64,000 nucleotides of DNA. It comes from Anthoceros angustus. Lineage: Eukaryota > Plantae > Anthocerotophyta. Where the stretch lies: positions 1,612,001-1,676,000 of the forward strand of contig VJWM01000063.1 of assembly GCA_010909165.1 (NCBI GenBank), written 5' to 3'. This document shows positions 1-13,100 of the stretch, in pieces. Within the stretch, counting starts at the first letter, position 1; the number at the start of each line of letters is the position of its first letter. The translations under genes were made by a program, and so were the position numbers. The notes under the pieces were generated by a model. That model was not told where the DNA came from. It made no database searches and saw only the letters and a program-made list of their open reading frames with translations.

Positions 1-40
1 TATCTTAATATTTCATAATTCTTAGCTTAACATTTAGATA

Positions 41-2148
41 GAAAGTGTTGAATGCTGTTCCAGAAGACAAGCAAGTACAAAAAGAATTAGAAGCTATAGT
101 ATTGGAGATGGAAACAAGGAAAGAAACTCATGTTGAAGCTACACAAGATATGAACAAAGTGCATGAAGAAAAGATAGAAGAAAAGTTATATTTACCGATG
201 CGTGTAGGTCCAATGGTATTTGAAGAGATTGAGTCTTCTCAAAGTACCATGCCTATCGCTCAAGACGTGCCCTTCAACACGAGCAAAAGAATATGGACAA
301 GTTTACCACGAGAGCAGTCACAGGTTATTCAATACATTATGAGTATATTGTATAAACTTTGGCATATATACACAACCATGATTTCAAACTTGTTATAATA
401 TTTTATTTTATTTTGGTTTTTGGGTCTCAGGGTTTGAATTCCCTCAATCAGGCATCAACTAGTAGGCAAATGAATCTTGGTGCACATGGATCTATGCAAG
501 ACCACATTAAAATAGAAAAAAAGAAGATGATAAATGATCCGAAAGTCAAAGGAGACAATGCAGTAACGACTAACTGTTTCCTCAAATGTTTGAGTCAAGG
601 GAATACCGAAGAAATAGCTTGTAAACAAGTGACAATGAAAGAGACAACCTTTGAAGAAGATATAGATGAAAATACAACAAATATTTCTTATAGTCAACCC
701 ATTGATACAGAACATATAAGCTTGAAAGATAATGCTGAAGAAGAAAGAACTAAGGGAAATGATTTCTTCAGAAAAGGGAATCTGACAATAGCATTAGAAT
801 GCTATAAGAAAAGCATCGAATTTAATCCCCAAGTTGCAGCTGTATTTGCCAATAAAGCATTGTGTCATTTAAAAGTAATCCTCATAAATATATAGGACTA
901 CTTTCATTATACATGAATATTTTTAAACTTTCCTGAAACAAGTGTGCTACGTTCTCTTAAATTTTTAGATATACTCAAAATTTTACTTTCTTTATTTTTT
1001 AAATAGATGGGAGAATACAAACAAGCAACCATCAGTTGTGATGAAGCTCTGAAATTAGATCCTACATTTATAAAAGCGCGCTACAGAAGAGGTTTAGCTC
1101 AAGAAAAGCTAGGAAATATATCTGCGGCTTTGAGAGATTATGAGGTGAGGAGACGAAGTTATGAATGTCTCAAAAAGTTTTATTATGTATAATACTTGAC
1201 AATTTTTTGAACTATATTTTTAGGTAGTTCAAAAGTCTCAACCACAAGATAAGAAGCTTATGAAGCAAATTGAGGAGATCGAAAGAGCTATTTCTTTCAA
1301 TAAGAAGGAACGTAAATTTAGGGAGGTGGATAAACATGAAACTTATAATGAAGATTGTGATAACACATTTATAAAAGTCAAGAGCACTACAAGATATAAA
1401 ACTAGTGAAATAAGCTCATGTGCATCGTGCAAGAAGTTAGACGGCACAAAAAATATTGAAGAAACTCAAATAAAAGAAAATTTAAGCGAAACAAATGTTT
1501 CTCTAGAAGCTTTGAAGCTCGACGAATGTGGATCACTAACAGAAACACCAAGATCAATTTTGAAGTTAGAAGAATTTGGATCACTTACAGAAACACCAAG
1601 GTCAATATCTTCTCGGTGGGAGGAAAGACCTTGTACTACAAACAATGTGGACAATGATGTTAAGAAATCCACAAAGACATTACCACTTCCACCAACTACC
1701 GCTTTACAATTTGAGCGAGGATGTACTCGTCTACAAGATGAACTCGAGTTGTTACAAGAGTATGTTAGTCAAGTGGATTCAAATAAGTATCCAGAAATAT
1801 TCAAGGAATCTCTTAGTGCTGATATTATGCGACTTGTAGCTAAAATAATATGCAAAGCTTACATGCCTCATGAACCAAGGGTGCGTAATAACTTCAAAAA
1901 TAAGTACATTTGGTTAAGTAAAATAAGTTGTCTCTCTTGACTAATGCTGTTTCGTCTATTGTCACTCTCAGGGAGCTATACGAATACTCCAAGGACTAAC
2001 AAAAGTGAAGAGATTTAAGCTAACAGTAATGTTGTTATCTTATGATGACAAAAGGATTTTTCGTAATATCTTCAACTGGCTAGGAAGTGCACATCACCCA
2101 GATCAGGAAGCTGATCTTATAAACTTAACAAAAGATTATAGTATGTGA
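41..2148 (+). CDS. RPAP3: RPAP3/Spaghetti-like TPR co-chaperone (R2TP complex), 5' part lies outside the window
   Basis: Phase-consistent GT-AG exons ~41-323, 431-874, 1007-1144, 1224-1880 and 1972-2148. TPR triplet AEEERTKGNDFFRKGNLTIALECYKKSIEFNP...FANKALCHLK/MGEYKQATISCDEALKLDPTFIKARYRRG. C-terminus PTTALQFERGC...KESLSADIM...RFKLTVMLLS resembles RPAP3_C. Confidence 0.85.
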
Positions 2149-2427
2149 ACATGATAGGGTTCTCTTTACTTTTATTATGGAAGATGCGTAAACACTACCT
2201 CCTCTATTTCTTCTTGACTTCTTTTCTTTGACCTAGGTTTTAAGGTCCAAGAAAACAGATTAGTTTAGGCAGGCTATGGTGGGATGAGAGTGCTCAAAGC
2301 TAAGTACATAGTCTAAAGATGCAATGATACAAGATAAAGCCTTTCATGAGACCCCCTCCTACCATGTTCTTGAGTTGTCTTAGGGCTAAGTATGACTTAT
2401 AGTTCCATGGAAAATAATTTATTATTA

Positions 2428-2523
2428 GAGTTATGACAAGAAATTTATTTTTTCAATATATAAGAATTATAGCAAGCAACCATGAGAGTCATGGCAAGCA
2501 ACTTTGAGAGTTATGGCAAGCCA
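2428..2523. repeat. Short degenerate ~22-bp repeats (GAGAGTTATGGCAAGC motif)
   Basis: agagttatgacaag, gagagtcatggcaagcaac and gagagttatggcaagc occur within 100 bp. Confidence 0.5.
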
Positions 2524-4985
2524 CACATTGTGGTCGAGATAGCACAGATCATATACAAGGCAGCCCAAGAAGAGTACTCAAACCCATAACGAACTAGATG
2601 GCAAATATCATATCAAGCAGCCCCGAAGGGCCTAAAACAGGCAATCCAAAGGGCTTCATAGCAGGGAGGCTACCATGGGCCAAAGTAATGGGGGATGAAT
2701 GACACCTTATCCTAGTGGTGGTTGAACATCATACTTCCACATTCATCCCCTACCCCTTTTGGCCCTTGATTACATATAGTGGATGATTTATTTTAGATTT
2801 AATAAATAATTATTTATAAATTTCAAGATATTATAGCAAATAATTATTTAAAAAATAAAAACTAATATAAGACATGTCTAAATTTTTAATAACATCTTTC
2901 ATAGCTACCCACTGCAACAGGATTCATAACAACGTATTGAGAGTCAATTTAATGTTCCAAGATGTCCCAAGGCTTTCATCCCAAGAGAGTGACCTCATGG
3001 AGACAGGAGAAGATCAAAAGCGGAACGCTCATCTTCCCGCCACATAGTCACACAAAATACGTATGCATGCCAGAAAAAATCCCCCATCCCGGAGTCATTT
3101 CGATTTCAGCGAGCCGCTCGGCGGTGCTCGCAACCCATCCCAAGAAACTGGCCTCATGGACCAGGAAAGGAACTGTACCATAGCACATGTGGGAATTCAC
3201 ACAACAGGGAGATTTCCCGCCATCCCGCCACACATGCACAGTTGTACATGCAAACGAGCACTGGGAATGCAAAATTAGAAGTCTCGTTTGTAAGTTTGCA
3301 AATGGAGCCCACATCCAACATCCCCACAACCAAGGCAAGGGCACATGCATCCAAGCGAGGTCGGTTGACTTTGTGGGCAAGCAAAGATCCACAAGGAGAA
3401 GAAGGTGTGCATGGAACTTGGAAGCAGACAAGACCAGTACAGCAAGCAGGCCCAGGGCAGGGCAGCAAGCTCCTGGTTTATCGTGTCCGATTCCCAAAGC
3501 GGCCCCAAACCGCGGTGGTGCCGGAAGCCTGGAAGCTGTGGGGTCCATCGCAGTAGCGTATGTTTGGTTAGCACCGTCTTGCAATTGGCCGCAGTTTTTA
3601 TTTCAGTCAGGCTTGCCTAAAAAGCGCATGAGCGCGTCCCGGGCTAGGTGTGGTATGCGTGTTTCATGGGCGCATTGAATGTGGCGTCTATTCCTGTAAC
3701 CACTTCCCGGCGACGCTGCAAAAAAGAAAACGACATGGTGAACGTTCTGGAACCGGTGTGCAGTCCAGCAGTCCAAAACCCAGTTTCTTCTGATCCGAAT
3801 GTATATCTGTATGGAATGGGGATCGTGTGATAAGTAATGAATTAGGAGACAGGAGGACAGGGATCCATGTTACGACTGCTTCTTACACGCAGGTGTTGCG
3901 CGGCAGAATGAGTGCTCCACAAGCTGGATGTCTGTCGGGTGGCGCGTGCTGCGTTATGGGTAGACATTTCTCTGTATCTGCAGTCTGGCAGAGGGAAGCT
4001 CCCATGTACGCATGTCGACATGCATGTCACTCACGTGGTAAGCCTGAAAGCTCGCTCACGTTAAGGAGGAACGAGCGTGTTTGCACAATGTGTTAAAGCT
4101 TAACTGTGTATGAGAATCTGGATGAATTTCAAACACGAGGCTGCAGTTTTTTGCGAGCCAGTATGCCCAAACGTTGCCCACACTCTACCCAATGCCCAAA
4201 AGCAAATGAGCAAGCAAAATGAGCAAGCAGTGCTGCAATCCTGAGGTCCGTTATCTGCCACGACAGTGGCCACAGCGCTCTTCCAACAAGTATGGGCAGC
4301 AGGAACGTGTTGGAACAAGAGCAAAAGGCACTGAGATCCATCCAGTCTTTGCGACTGCGGGGTACATGGTTCTTGCTGTCCATGAGTCTGTCGTGATGCG
4401 TTGCTCCAGTAGCTCGCAGTTTGAACAATTGGGGACCGAGTGCGAGCTACCACTGACCGTTGTCGGTCCATTGTGGCAGAAATCAAACTGTGAGAGCCTG
4501 CACACTCTGCAATCTGCATGCAATGCAAGGCGTGAGGGATTTTCTTCCAAACAAGGAAGAAATTACCAGCGCCACAGAAGCAGCTAAAACAGAAAAAGTG
4601 CCAAAAGCAGTTAGACGGAAATAACAGTTAACTTGTAGACACAGGGCAAGTGCTATTACTATCGCTATTGCTAAGATTAGTAAAGTTCCCAATGGAGTAA
4701 CTCTCAATAAATTAGATCTCCATATGAAAGAGCCATGGTTGCCCTAGGTAATGTTTCTCCCCCGTCGGGGTTTGAAGTCTTCCAGGCTGGCTGGATTGTT
4801 TAGCTTCCGTCGCTTCTTCGGAAACAGGTGTGAGATTTTTTATTTTTTATTGCAAAAGTGTCCGCAACATCTTGAGGTCTCTTGGCATTTTGAGGCTTTC
4901 TAACATCTTTTTCAACATCTTTTAGGTCTGAGTTCAAAATTATTTACGAGCTTTATTTTCTTGAAGAGGTGGTCATTTTTTGTCA

Positions 4986-6339
4986 TGATGGTGGTCAAGG
5001 GATTTTATCGTTTTCAATTTATATCGTTTTTATTTTTATTATGTACAGTATCATACTTCCCACTAGGGACAGCGATTGGAATCAATTGGGGACAACAATC
5101 TTCTCAACCATTGTCCCCAAGACAGGGTATCGATTTGATAAATAGATACGGATTTGATAAAGTCAAATTTTTTGAACCCGATCCTTCAATATTACAAGAG
5201 CTTACAGCACATCCGCACCTGCGACTTATGGTTGGATGTACAAATGAGGACGCGGTATACATGGAGAGGAACGCAACTTTTGCTAATTCTTGGGTTAAAA
5301 CAAATATCCTGCCTTATGTGCTTGGAGGAGCAAATATCACGTGAGTACACCGTACTTTCGAAATGGATCAATGCTTGATAGATAATGTATGTTGATGATT
5401 GTTTTATCCTGTGCTCACAGACATATTGCATTTGGGAATGAACCAACATTGCCTGGTCCGGGCAATCTTGGAGACTACAATTTCAGTTCAACACTAGTGG
5501 ATGGACTTGTAAATTTGAACTCTGCATTGGCTTCAAACAACATAAGTTTTATAAAGCTGACCATTCCATTGAGTGGTGCTGTGCTAGCTCCTAGTAATTC
5601 ACCAGCACGAGCCGTATTTAATGCGGATCTATTCCCCGCTATGACACACCTATTAAGATTCTTACATGAAAATGGTGGTTCATTTTCAATTAATATATAT
5701 CCTTTCTATGCTGCATTATATGATGACAATTATCCTTTAGAATGGGCTTTTGAAGGTAATCATTACAATGGCACGTCTTATCCTAGTGGATTTCAAGCTT
5801 CTTATGACTCGGTAGTATCTGCTTTAAATGCAACAGGTTATGCACACGTGCCAATTATTGTTTCAGAAACTGGATGGCCTACTAGTGGCATTGTTTTGGC
5901 AAATTTGACTAATGCACGTCATTACAATGAAAATCTTGCAATCTACTTGAACAGAGGAAGAGGAACTCCGTTGAGACCACATCATAAGTTGGATGTTTAT
6001 TTCTTCTCTTTAACGGACGAAGATTTGAAACGCGGGAGATTTGAACCTTATTGGGGAGTTGCAAATGCATCTGGTGTACCCAAATATAATTTGAATCACC
6101 TACTTAATACCACGTCGCACAACAACTCTACTATGGCAATGCATGATGCCACATCGCACAATGACTCTACTATGGCAAGGCATAATACCTCATCGCACAA
6201 CAACTCTACTATGCCAGTGCATTTCATTCAAAAATCGGATGGCAGCTCACGACAGACCGGATTTTCTTGGATGCTCTTTGTAGTCATCTTTTTATGCACA
6301 AGTAGTATATGTTTGCATGCTTTTGGATATTTTTTGTAG
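4986..6339 (+). CDS. Glucan endo-1,3-beta-glucosidase (GH17), signal peptide and hydrophobic (GPI-like) C-terminus
   Basis: Two exons (~4986-5340, 5421-6339) with GT-AG intron 5341-5420. IGINWG start, catalytic GNEP and VSETGWPT motifs, FSINIYPF, YFFSLTDED...EPYWG. Start codon choice uncertain. Confidence 0.92.
6106..6222 (+). repeat. 39-bp x3 coding tandem repeat in GH17 linker
   Basis: Encodes NTTSHNNSTMAMH / DATSHNDSTMARH / NTSSHNNSTMPVH. Confidence 0.9.
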
Positions 6340-6846
6340 GTTTTTTTTCATTCTCACTTATTGTAAGTAGTATATGTTCGCCATGACTGTAACTAGATTT
6401 TCTCTCGGCTATATATTTCTCATTTCGGTAATAATTATATAGCACGTAGATCTTAGTAAATTTAAAATGTGAATAGGCCTTCCTTATTCCAAACTAAAAT
6501 ATCTTAGAGTGGTAGCTAGCTTGGGAATATACAATCGGGGAACTATATGACACGGTGGGAGCAATAAATAGCTTGAGGGTAAAGATAACTAGAGGGTAAA
6601 CAATGGGGATTAAGGAGTGGTGGACAGCTTCGGGGTAGACAAAAATGGGCTACTCCCCTTAGCCTGGACCCTCAAGGGGGTTGTTCCCTTGCAAATGGGA
6701 CTTCCCAATCTCTTCATATTTATAAAGTCTAGGATCGGAGCTTAAATTCTCTCCAGGAATCCCATCAAATTCTCCCCAGGGTTTATGGGTCTATATTGGC
6801 CTAGACTTTGGCATCATGATTCAACGGAGTGGATAAAATTATGTTT

Positions 6847-8094
6847 TCAATCGTAGAGTAATCTTACTCCGTTCTCCTTGTATTTGCATCCTCGGACCTC
6901 CACCCTCTTGCCATCCTTGTCAAAAAACCTACCACCTAGTATAATCTGAGGAACACCTCCAAAGACTTTGACAAATGCAGTTGGTGGTGATAAGAACTGT
7001 ATGCTTTTGCAGGTCCCTTCTACACCTCGTATCTGAGGTGTTAAAGCTGCAGCCACTGTTTCAGGCTCTTCTGCTAATGAGTTAAAGAACCTACGAGCTA
7101 CAGGGGTGGAATCCTTAAGGAGAAGGTCCGTTAGAACCAATCCTGGTGACAGATTATGCACTCCTATGCTGGAAATTCCTGTGCAAGACAACGCACACGA
7201 ACTTCAATCGAGAAAACAATTGCAACAAGTTACAGTTAAGCAGGATACGAGGTGGGGGTAAAACAAGAATACCTTCTTCCTGCAGCTCAGTGGACAGGCT
7301 TTGAGTGAGCTGAGTGAGGGCAACTTTTGTGGATTTGTGCGTAGCTGCAGACTTGGTGAAACTGGCTCCCCACCTGGAGAAACCCATGTTGAATATGTGG
7401 TATTTGGGAGCTGCCGTTGGTGGCTGCTTCCTCATCACTCGGATAGCCTCTCTGCAACAGAGCAAAGAACCCAGCACGTTGCTGTTGGCCACCCTGACGA
7501 TCTCCTCTGCCTCCAAATCAGCCAGCAGTTTCTTCCGTGTCACCTCCCCTGTGCAGAAGAGCGCACTAGCCCACAGATGCCTCAGCTAAAGCTCGGGTCG
7601 GTTCCAGAGACAAACGACACATGCTAGAGGTGAGTGTATACTGTACAGACCAGCATTGTTGAGCCACAGGTGCACAGTCCCCAACTTCTCTGCTGCGAAG
7701 GCAGCAAACTCTGCCACATTGCCCGGAACTGAAACATCGCAGACCATACTGTGAACCTGCCCATTCGGGAACTGGGCCTGCACAATGTACATCCACCCGG
7801 AAACCCTGCTGGTAAGAGCATTCATGTTCCATCCTGCGAACGGAGCGAGAACCAGCCACTCACTACCTGCAATGCAGCTGTAGCAGACCCGAGCCGCCCC
7901 TCGTCACGACCGCACAGCACAACACTGTCCTTGGCGGACAGAAACTCGCGAGCAAGGGCAAACCCAAGGCCCTTGCTGCCGCCTGTGATCACCACACCCA
8001 AACTGCTGCCCTCCGAAGACGAGCGGATCGTGCTGCGGTAGTAAGAAGTTCCCGACCAGGGCTTGGCTGGCAGCGCAGCCACGCACATCGCCAT
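6847..8094 (-). CDS. Short-chain dehydrogenase/reductase, chlorophyll b reductase NOL/NYC1-like, with plastid-type transit peptide
   Basis: Exons 8094-7867, 7777-7651, 7548-7273 and 7178-6847. VVITGGSKGLG Rossmann motif, CDVS, WLNNAG, VHNLSPGLVLTDLL and GRFFDKDG all resemble NOL. Confidence 0.85.
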
Positions 8095-8484
8095 AACTTG
8101 ATCTGAGCTTCACCTTCACCTGCTCAGATCCGAGTGGTCTAGGTCTGTTTTTCTCCGGGCAACTGAAATGTGTGTTCCATTCCTGTGTCTCTGCGTCAGG
8201 TGCCATGGGAATTCGAAGGATGCTGGCAACAGTAGAGGCACTTTATCAGCTGGTGCATGGAAGGCGCGGTTACAGGCAGGTCCGATGTCTGTCGACTGTG
8301 CTATTAAAGAACCTCTTGATGCGGAGGATGGACAAAACCATGCCTTGGTCTTGTCTCTTTCCCTCTGATCCAGTTCCATTTGGACGATGGAATATTCTTC
8401 GTAGAAGCTTAAGACTCAGGATGGAAATGCCGGTGGTAGCAGGCCAGGGCATTGTGTCTGTCCAGTCTGGGAGCGGAAACGAAC

Positions 8485-9834
8485 ATGGCTTCTACTTCAG
8501 TCCTGGTTGACGAGGCATCCACCACAGGTGCGGGAACAGACAACATGGTTAAGCCCATGCTGCAGGCAGGAATTCAGGAGGTTCCTGAAGCATTTAGGCA
8601 GGAGTCTCCCATCGACCACCCATGCCCCAGTGGTGATCTGTCGTTCCTACACTTAGATGCCAAGCAGGATGGAATTCCCATAATTGACCTATCCGGCTGG
8701 TTCTCCGAGGACAAGGCTGCTAGGAAGAAAGTGACAGAGGACATCGGTCTTGCCTGCCAGGATTGGGGCTTCTTTCAGGTGAATCTCGCATGTGCTCGAA
8801 AACAGCTCCCTCGTGCTTCTCACATGCCTTGACTGCCACCTGTTTCACACAATTGTCAGGTGGTGAATCATGGAGTCCCAGAGTTGGTGATGGCTGATGC
8901 CTTGGAGGTGTGCAAACAGTTCTTTGACATGCCATCCGAGACAAAACAACAGTACGCTATGAAGCCTGGCACATACTCTGGCTATGGCCGATATTACGAG
9001 CACCCGGGCAAAACCAAGAACTGGAACGACGTTCTGGCCCACACACTCTCACCAGTTTCTCTGAGAAACCTGGAATGGCCGGACAAGCCACCCAGATACA
9101 GGTACCACACCCTGCTTGCTGCTGAAAGACATCTTCCTTGTCGTGGGTGATGTTTCAAAATCGTCTGCACAACGATGTAGGGAGGTTATTGACAAGTACC
9201 AGCTGCACGTGGAGCAGCTGGGGAGGAATGTGTACGAAATTTTGAGCATGAGCTTGGGACTGAAGGCATCCTACCTCCATAACATGCTGCACACCAACGG
9301 AGAAATCGGCAGTGTGCTCCGGGTGAACCTGTACCCACCGTGCCCCCAGCCCGAGCTCACCCTGGGAACTCTTTCCCACAGCGATGGCAGCACCATTACC
9401 ATTTTGCTACAAAGCAACGTCCCGGGGCTTCAAATCCGTCCGGAGGGGAAGTCCTGGGTCCTCGTTGATCCCGTCCCTGGTGCTCTGGTGGTGAACGTCG
9501 GGGATTCTCTGGAGGTAGGAGTCTGCTAGCCCCTCAGGTTCATCGCCCATCTTACCCACATGACTGAGAGCCGTCTGGTCTGCAGGTTCTCTCCAATGGC
9601 AGGTACAGAAGCACAGAGCACAGAGCGCTGGTGAACAGCGTCAAAGAGCGCTTCTCCCTGGTCACCTTCTTCATGCCTTCTTGGACTTCGGTACTGGCTC
9701 CCATTTCTGAGCTCATCAGCGAGGCGGATACGCCTCGCTATGGCTCCGTCAAGTTCAGTGACTACTTCCTCGAGTTCTTCGCCAAAGGGCCCGACGGCAA
9801 AACTCTTGTGGAGGCCCTTCGCCTCCCATCGTGA
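8485..9834 (+). CDS. 2-oxoglutarate/Fe(II)-dependent dioxygenase (DOXC class)
   Basis: Exons 8485-8778, 8860-9101, 9181-9514 and 9586-9834. IPIIDLS, WGFFQVVNHGV, NLYPPCPQP, HSD...H iron triad and RFS 2OG-binding motif. Confidence 0.95.
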
Positions 9835-10113
9835 CTGCATCTGGAAGCTCTAGACACCCATGCTCCGTCTCACATAGAAATTGAATACATGATGACAAGA
9901 TTCAAAGAACAATGCTCATGTGAACGCCACACACTCGATCCTCCGAGGCGGCCCTCGTGGGTCTGCTTTCTACGATGTCTGTCAGGCATGTGCTCACGGT
10001 GGTTGATAATTACATGGGTCAGTGATGCGCGCATAGAAATTCCTTCACTGCCAAACTAGCAAAAGTAAAAGGCGTGTGCTCTGGGGACACCTGCTGCACA
10101 GTGGGATGGATTG

Positions 10114-13100
10114 ATGGCGACGTTGCATCCCCCAACTGCCCATCAATCTGGGCTCGGAGCGCCGGGGCAATTGGCTTATCCAGCTGCTGCCTTTACCTGC
10201 AGGACTGGAAATGGAAGGTACAGAGGGAAATTGTTTCAGTATCAAGGATTGTGGATTGTTGCAATGCAGGCCAGGCTGTTGGTTGCGGAGATTCTCCCCT
10301 AAGATTTTTGGACTTGTGCGTTGTGCAGGCTACCCCTTACCCCTGGGGCCTCTGGTCTTGTGTGTGAGCTGGAAGATTCATGTCGAGAGGGAAGGCTTGA
10401 CAAGGCGCTGGTTGCCCTGCTGCCCATCGATCAGCAGGGCAGTGTGCTCCCGGTGCACTTGTATAAGAGTCTGTTGCACATGTGTGTGAAGAAGAAATCC
10501 CTGGCTGTGGCCAAGCAGTTGCATGCTCACTTGGAAAAACATGGGTTGGAAGTGAACGTTAGCTTGGGGGAGCTTCTGGTTACAACACTGGTCAGTTGTG
10601 GAAGTCTTGCAGATGGTCTGCACTTGTTTCACAGATTGCCAAACCGTACTGTTTTCTCCTGGACAGCAATTGTTTCAGGGTTTACTAATGCTGGTCAATG
10701 TCGGGAGGCTCTCACATTCTATCAGCAGATGCTACAGGAAGGTGTGCAGCCTGATAAGTATACGTTTGTCAGCTTGCTGAAGGCCTGCAGCAAGCTGGAA
10801 GACCTAGAAGAGGGCAAGCGCATTCATGCTGATGCTCGAAGACATGGGTTTGAGTCGGATGTGTTTGTTGGTAGCACGTTGGTAAGTATGTATGCAAAGT
10901 GCAAAAGCATTTTGTCTGCACAGCAGGTCTTTGATGCCCTATCACATCGTGATGTGGTGTCGTGGAATGCAATGGTTGCGGCATATGCTCAACAGAATCA
11001 AGGTGAGAAAGGCTTGCAGATCTATCGGCAAATGCAAGAGGAAGGGGTCAGTCCAGATGCTCGGACCTTTGTCAGTGCCCTCCAAGCATGTGGCAGCCTT
11101 GCAGACAGGGAGGAAAGTGCACTTGTGTGTGGTCAAAAGGTGAGAGTCGAGTCACTTCGAAAGGGAAGGCAAATACATGCAGAAGCTGTAAGAAGGGGTG
11201 TTGAATCGGATGTATTTGTTAGAAACACTTTGGTTAATATGTATGCAAAGTGTGGGAGCGTGGAGGATGCTCAAAATGTCTTTGACAGATTGACAGAACG
11301 CAATATAGTTTCTTGGAATGGGATGCTGGCAGCATATGCTCAGCAGGGTCAAGGAGAAAGGGTCCTGCAGACTTATCGGCATATGCAAGAGTTGGGACTG
11401 AGACCAGATGCTCGAACTTTTCTCAGGGCACTCCAAGCCTGTGGAATCATTGCAGATACTGAGGAAGCTGTACTTCTGGACGGGCACAACGTGAAGGTGG
11501 AGTCATTGCGGAAGGGAAAGGAAATTCATGCTGCGGCGGTGAACATGGGTTTTGAGTCAGATGGGTTTGTTGGTAGCACGCTGGTATGTATGTATGCCAA
11601 GTGTGGGAGCATCATGAACGCACAGCAGGTGTTTGATAAGATGTCACAGGTTGATGTTGTGTCATGGAATGCGCTGCTCGCAGCGTATGTACAGGAGAAC
11701 TCTGGAGAAGTGGGGTTGCAGATTTTCGCCCAAATGCAGGGGAAAGGTGTGAGACCAGATGCTCGGACTATTGCCAGTGCTGTGCAAGCGTGTGCCATTC
11801 TTGCAGGACAAGAGGAACTTGCAGTTGTGGATGGCCGTAACATCAAGGTCAAATCACTGCACAAAGGAAAAGAGATACACGGTCAAGCTGTGAAATCTGG
11901 TTGCGAGTCAGATTTATTTGTTGGTAGCACCTTGGTTAGCATGTATGGAAAGTGCGGGAGCATCATGGATGCACAGCTTGTGTTTGATGGATTGTCCCAG
12001 CGTGATGTTGTTTCATGGACTGCCATTGTCGCAGCGTATGCTCAGCAGAATGAAGGAGATATGGGCTGGCGCATATTTGAGCAAATGCAAGAGCAAGGGG
12101 TCAGGCCAGATGCTCGAACCCTAGTAAGTGCCCTCCAAGCCTGCGGTGCGATTGCAGAAAAGGAGCCATCTGTGGCGGAACAAGGGAAAAATGTCAAGGC
12201 AGAGTCGCTGACCAAGGGGAAGGGACTGCACGCTTTAGCTGTGAGCATGGGTTTTGAATCAGATGTGTTTGTTGGTAGTTCTCTGGTTAGTATGTACGCA
12301 AAGTGTGGGAGCATAGCAGATGCTCGGCAGGCGTTTGACACTTTGTCTGTAAAAGATGTTGTGTCATGGACAGCGATGCTTGGAGCATATGTCCAGCAGG
12401 GCCAAGGCGGAATGGGTTTGCAGATCTACCATCAAATGCAAGAGGAGGGTGTCCTACCAGATGCTCAGACCTACGTCAATGCTCTTCAAGCTTGTGCCAT
12501 CCTTGCAGAAGAGGAGACAAGTGTGCCTGTGGATGGTCAAAATGTCAAAGAGGTGGCAATGGTAAAGGGAAAGAAGATCCATGCTGATGCCGCTGCTAGA
12601 GGATTTGAAGGAGATATTTTTGTTGGCAATGCTTTGGTGAGCATGTACGCGATGTGTGGGAGCATCCAGGATGCACAACGAGTCTTCGACAGCTTGCCGC
12701 ATCGCAATGTGGTGTCATGGAACGCAATGCTCACAGCACATATCCAGCAGGACCATGGAGAGACGGCGTTGCAGATCTATGCAGAAATGCAGGCAGATGG
12801 GACGAAGCCAGATGAGGTTACATTCCTGTCAGTATTAGAAGCGTGCAGCAGAACAGGAGCCTTAGATATGTGTGCGGACGTCCACCAAAGTATACTAGAA
12901 GGTGGGTTAGAGTCCGATCCTTATGTTGCAAACAGTCTAATTCACGCCTACAGCAAATGTGGGAGCATGGTGGATGCTCAGAGAGTTTTTGACACATTGC
13001 CACATCCTGATCTGGTTTCATGGAATGCACTAATTGCTGGATATGCTCGCCTTGGATTATGGGAGACAAGTGTTGAATGTTATGAACGCCTGTGTCTATC

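Noticed and set aside
2950-4900. Weak inverted similarity (ccaagaga..gacctca) between the ends of the GC-balanced island
   Set aside because: Too short and interrupted to call TIRs, and no TSD found.
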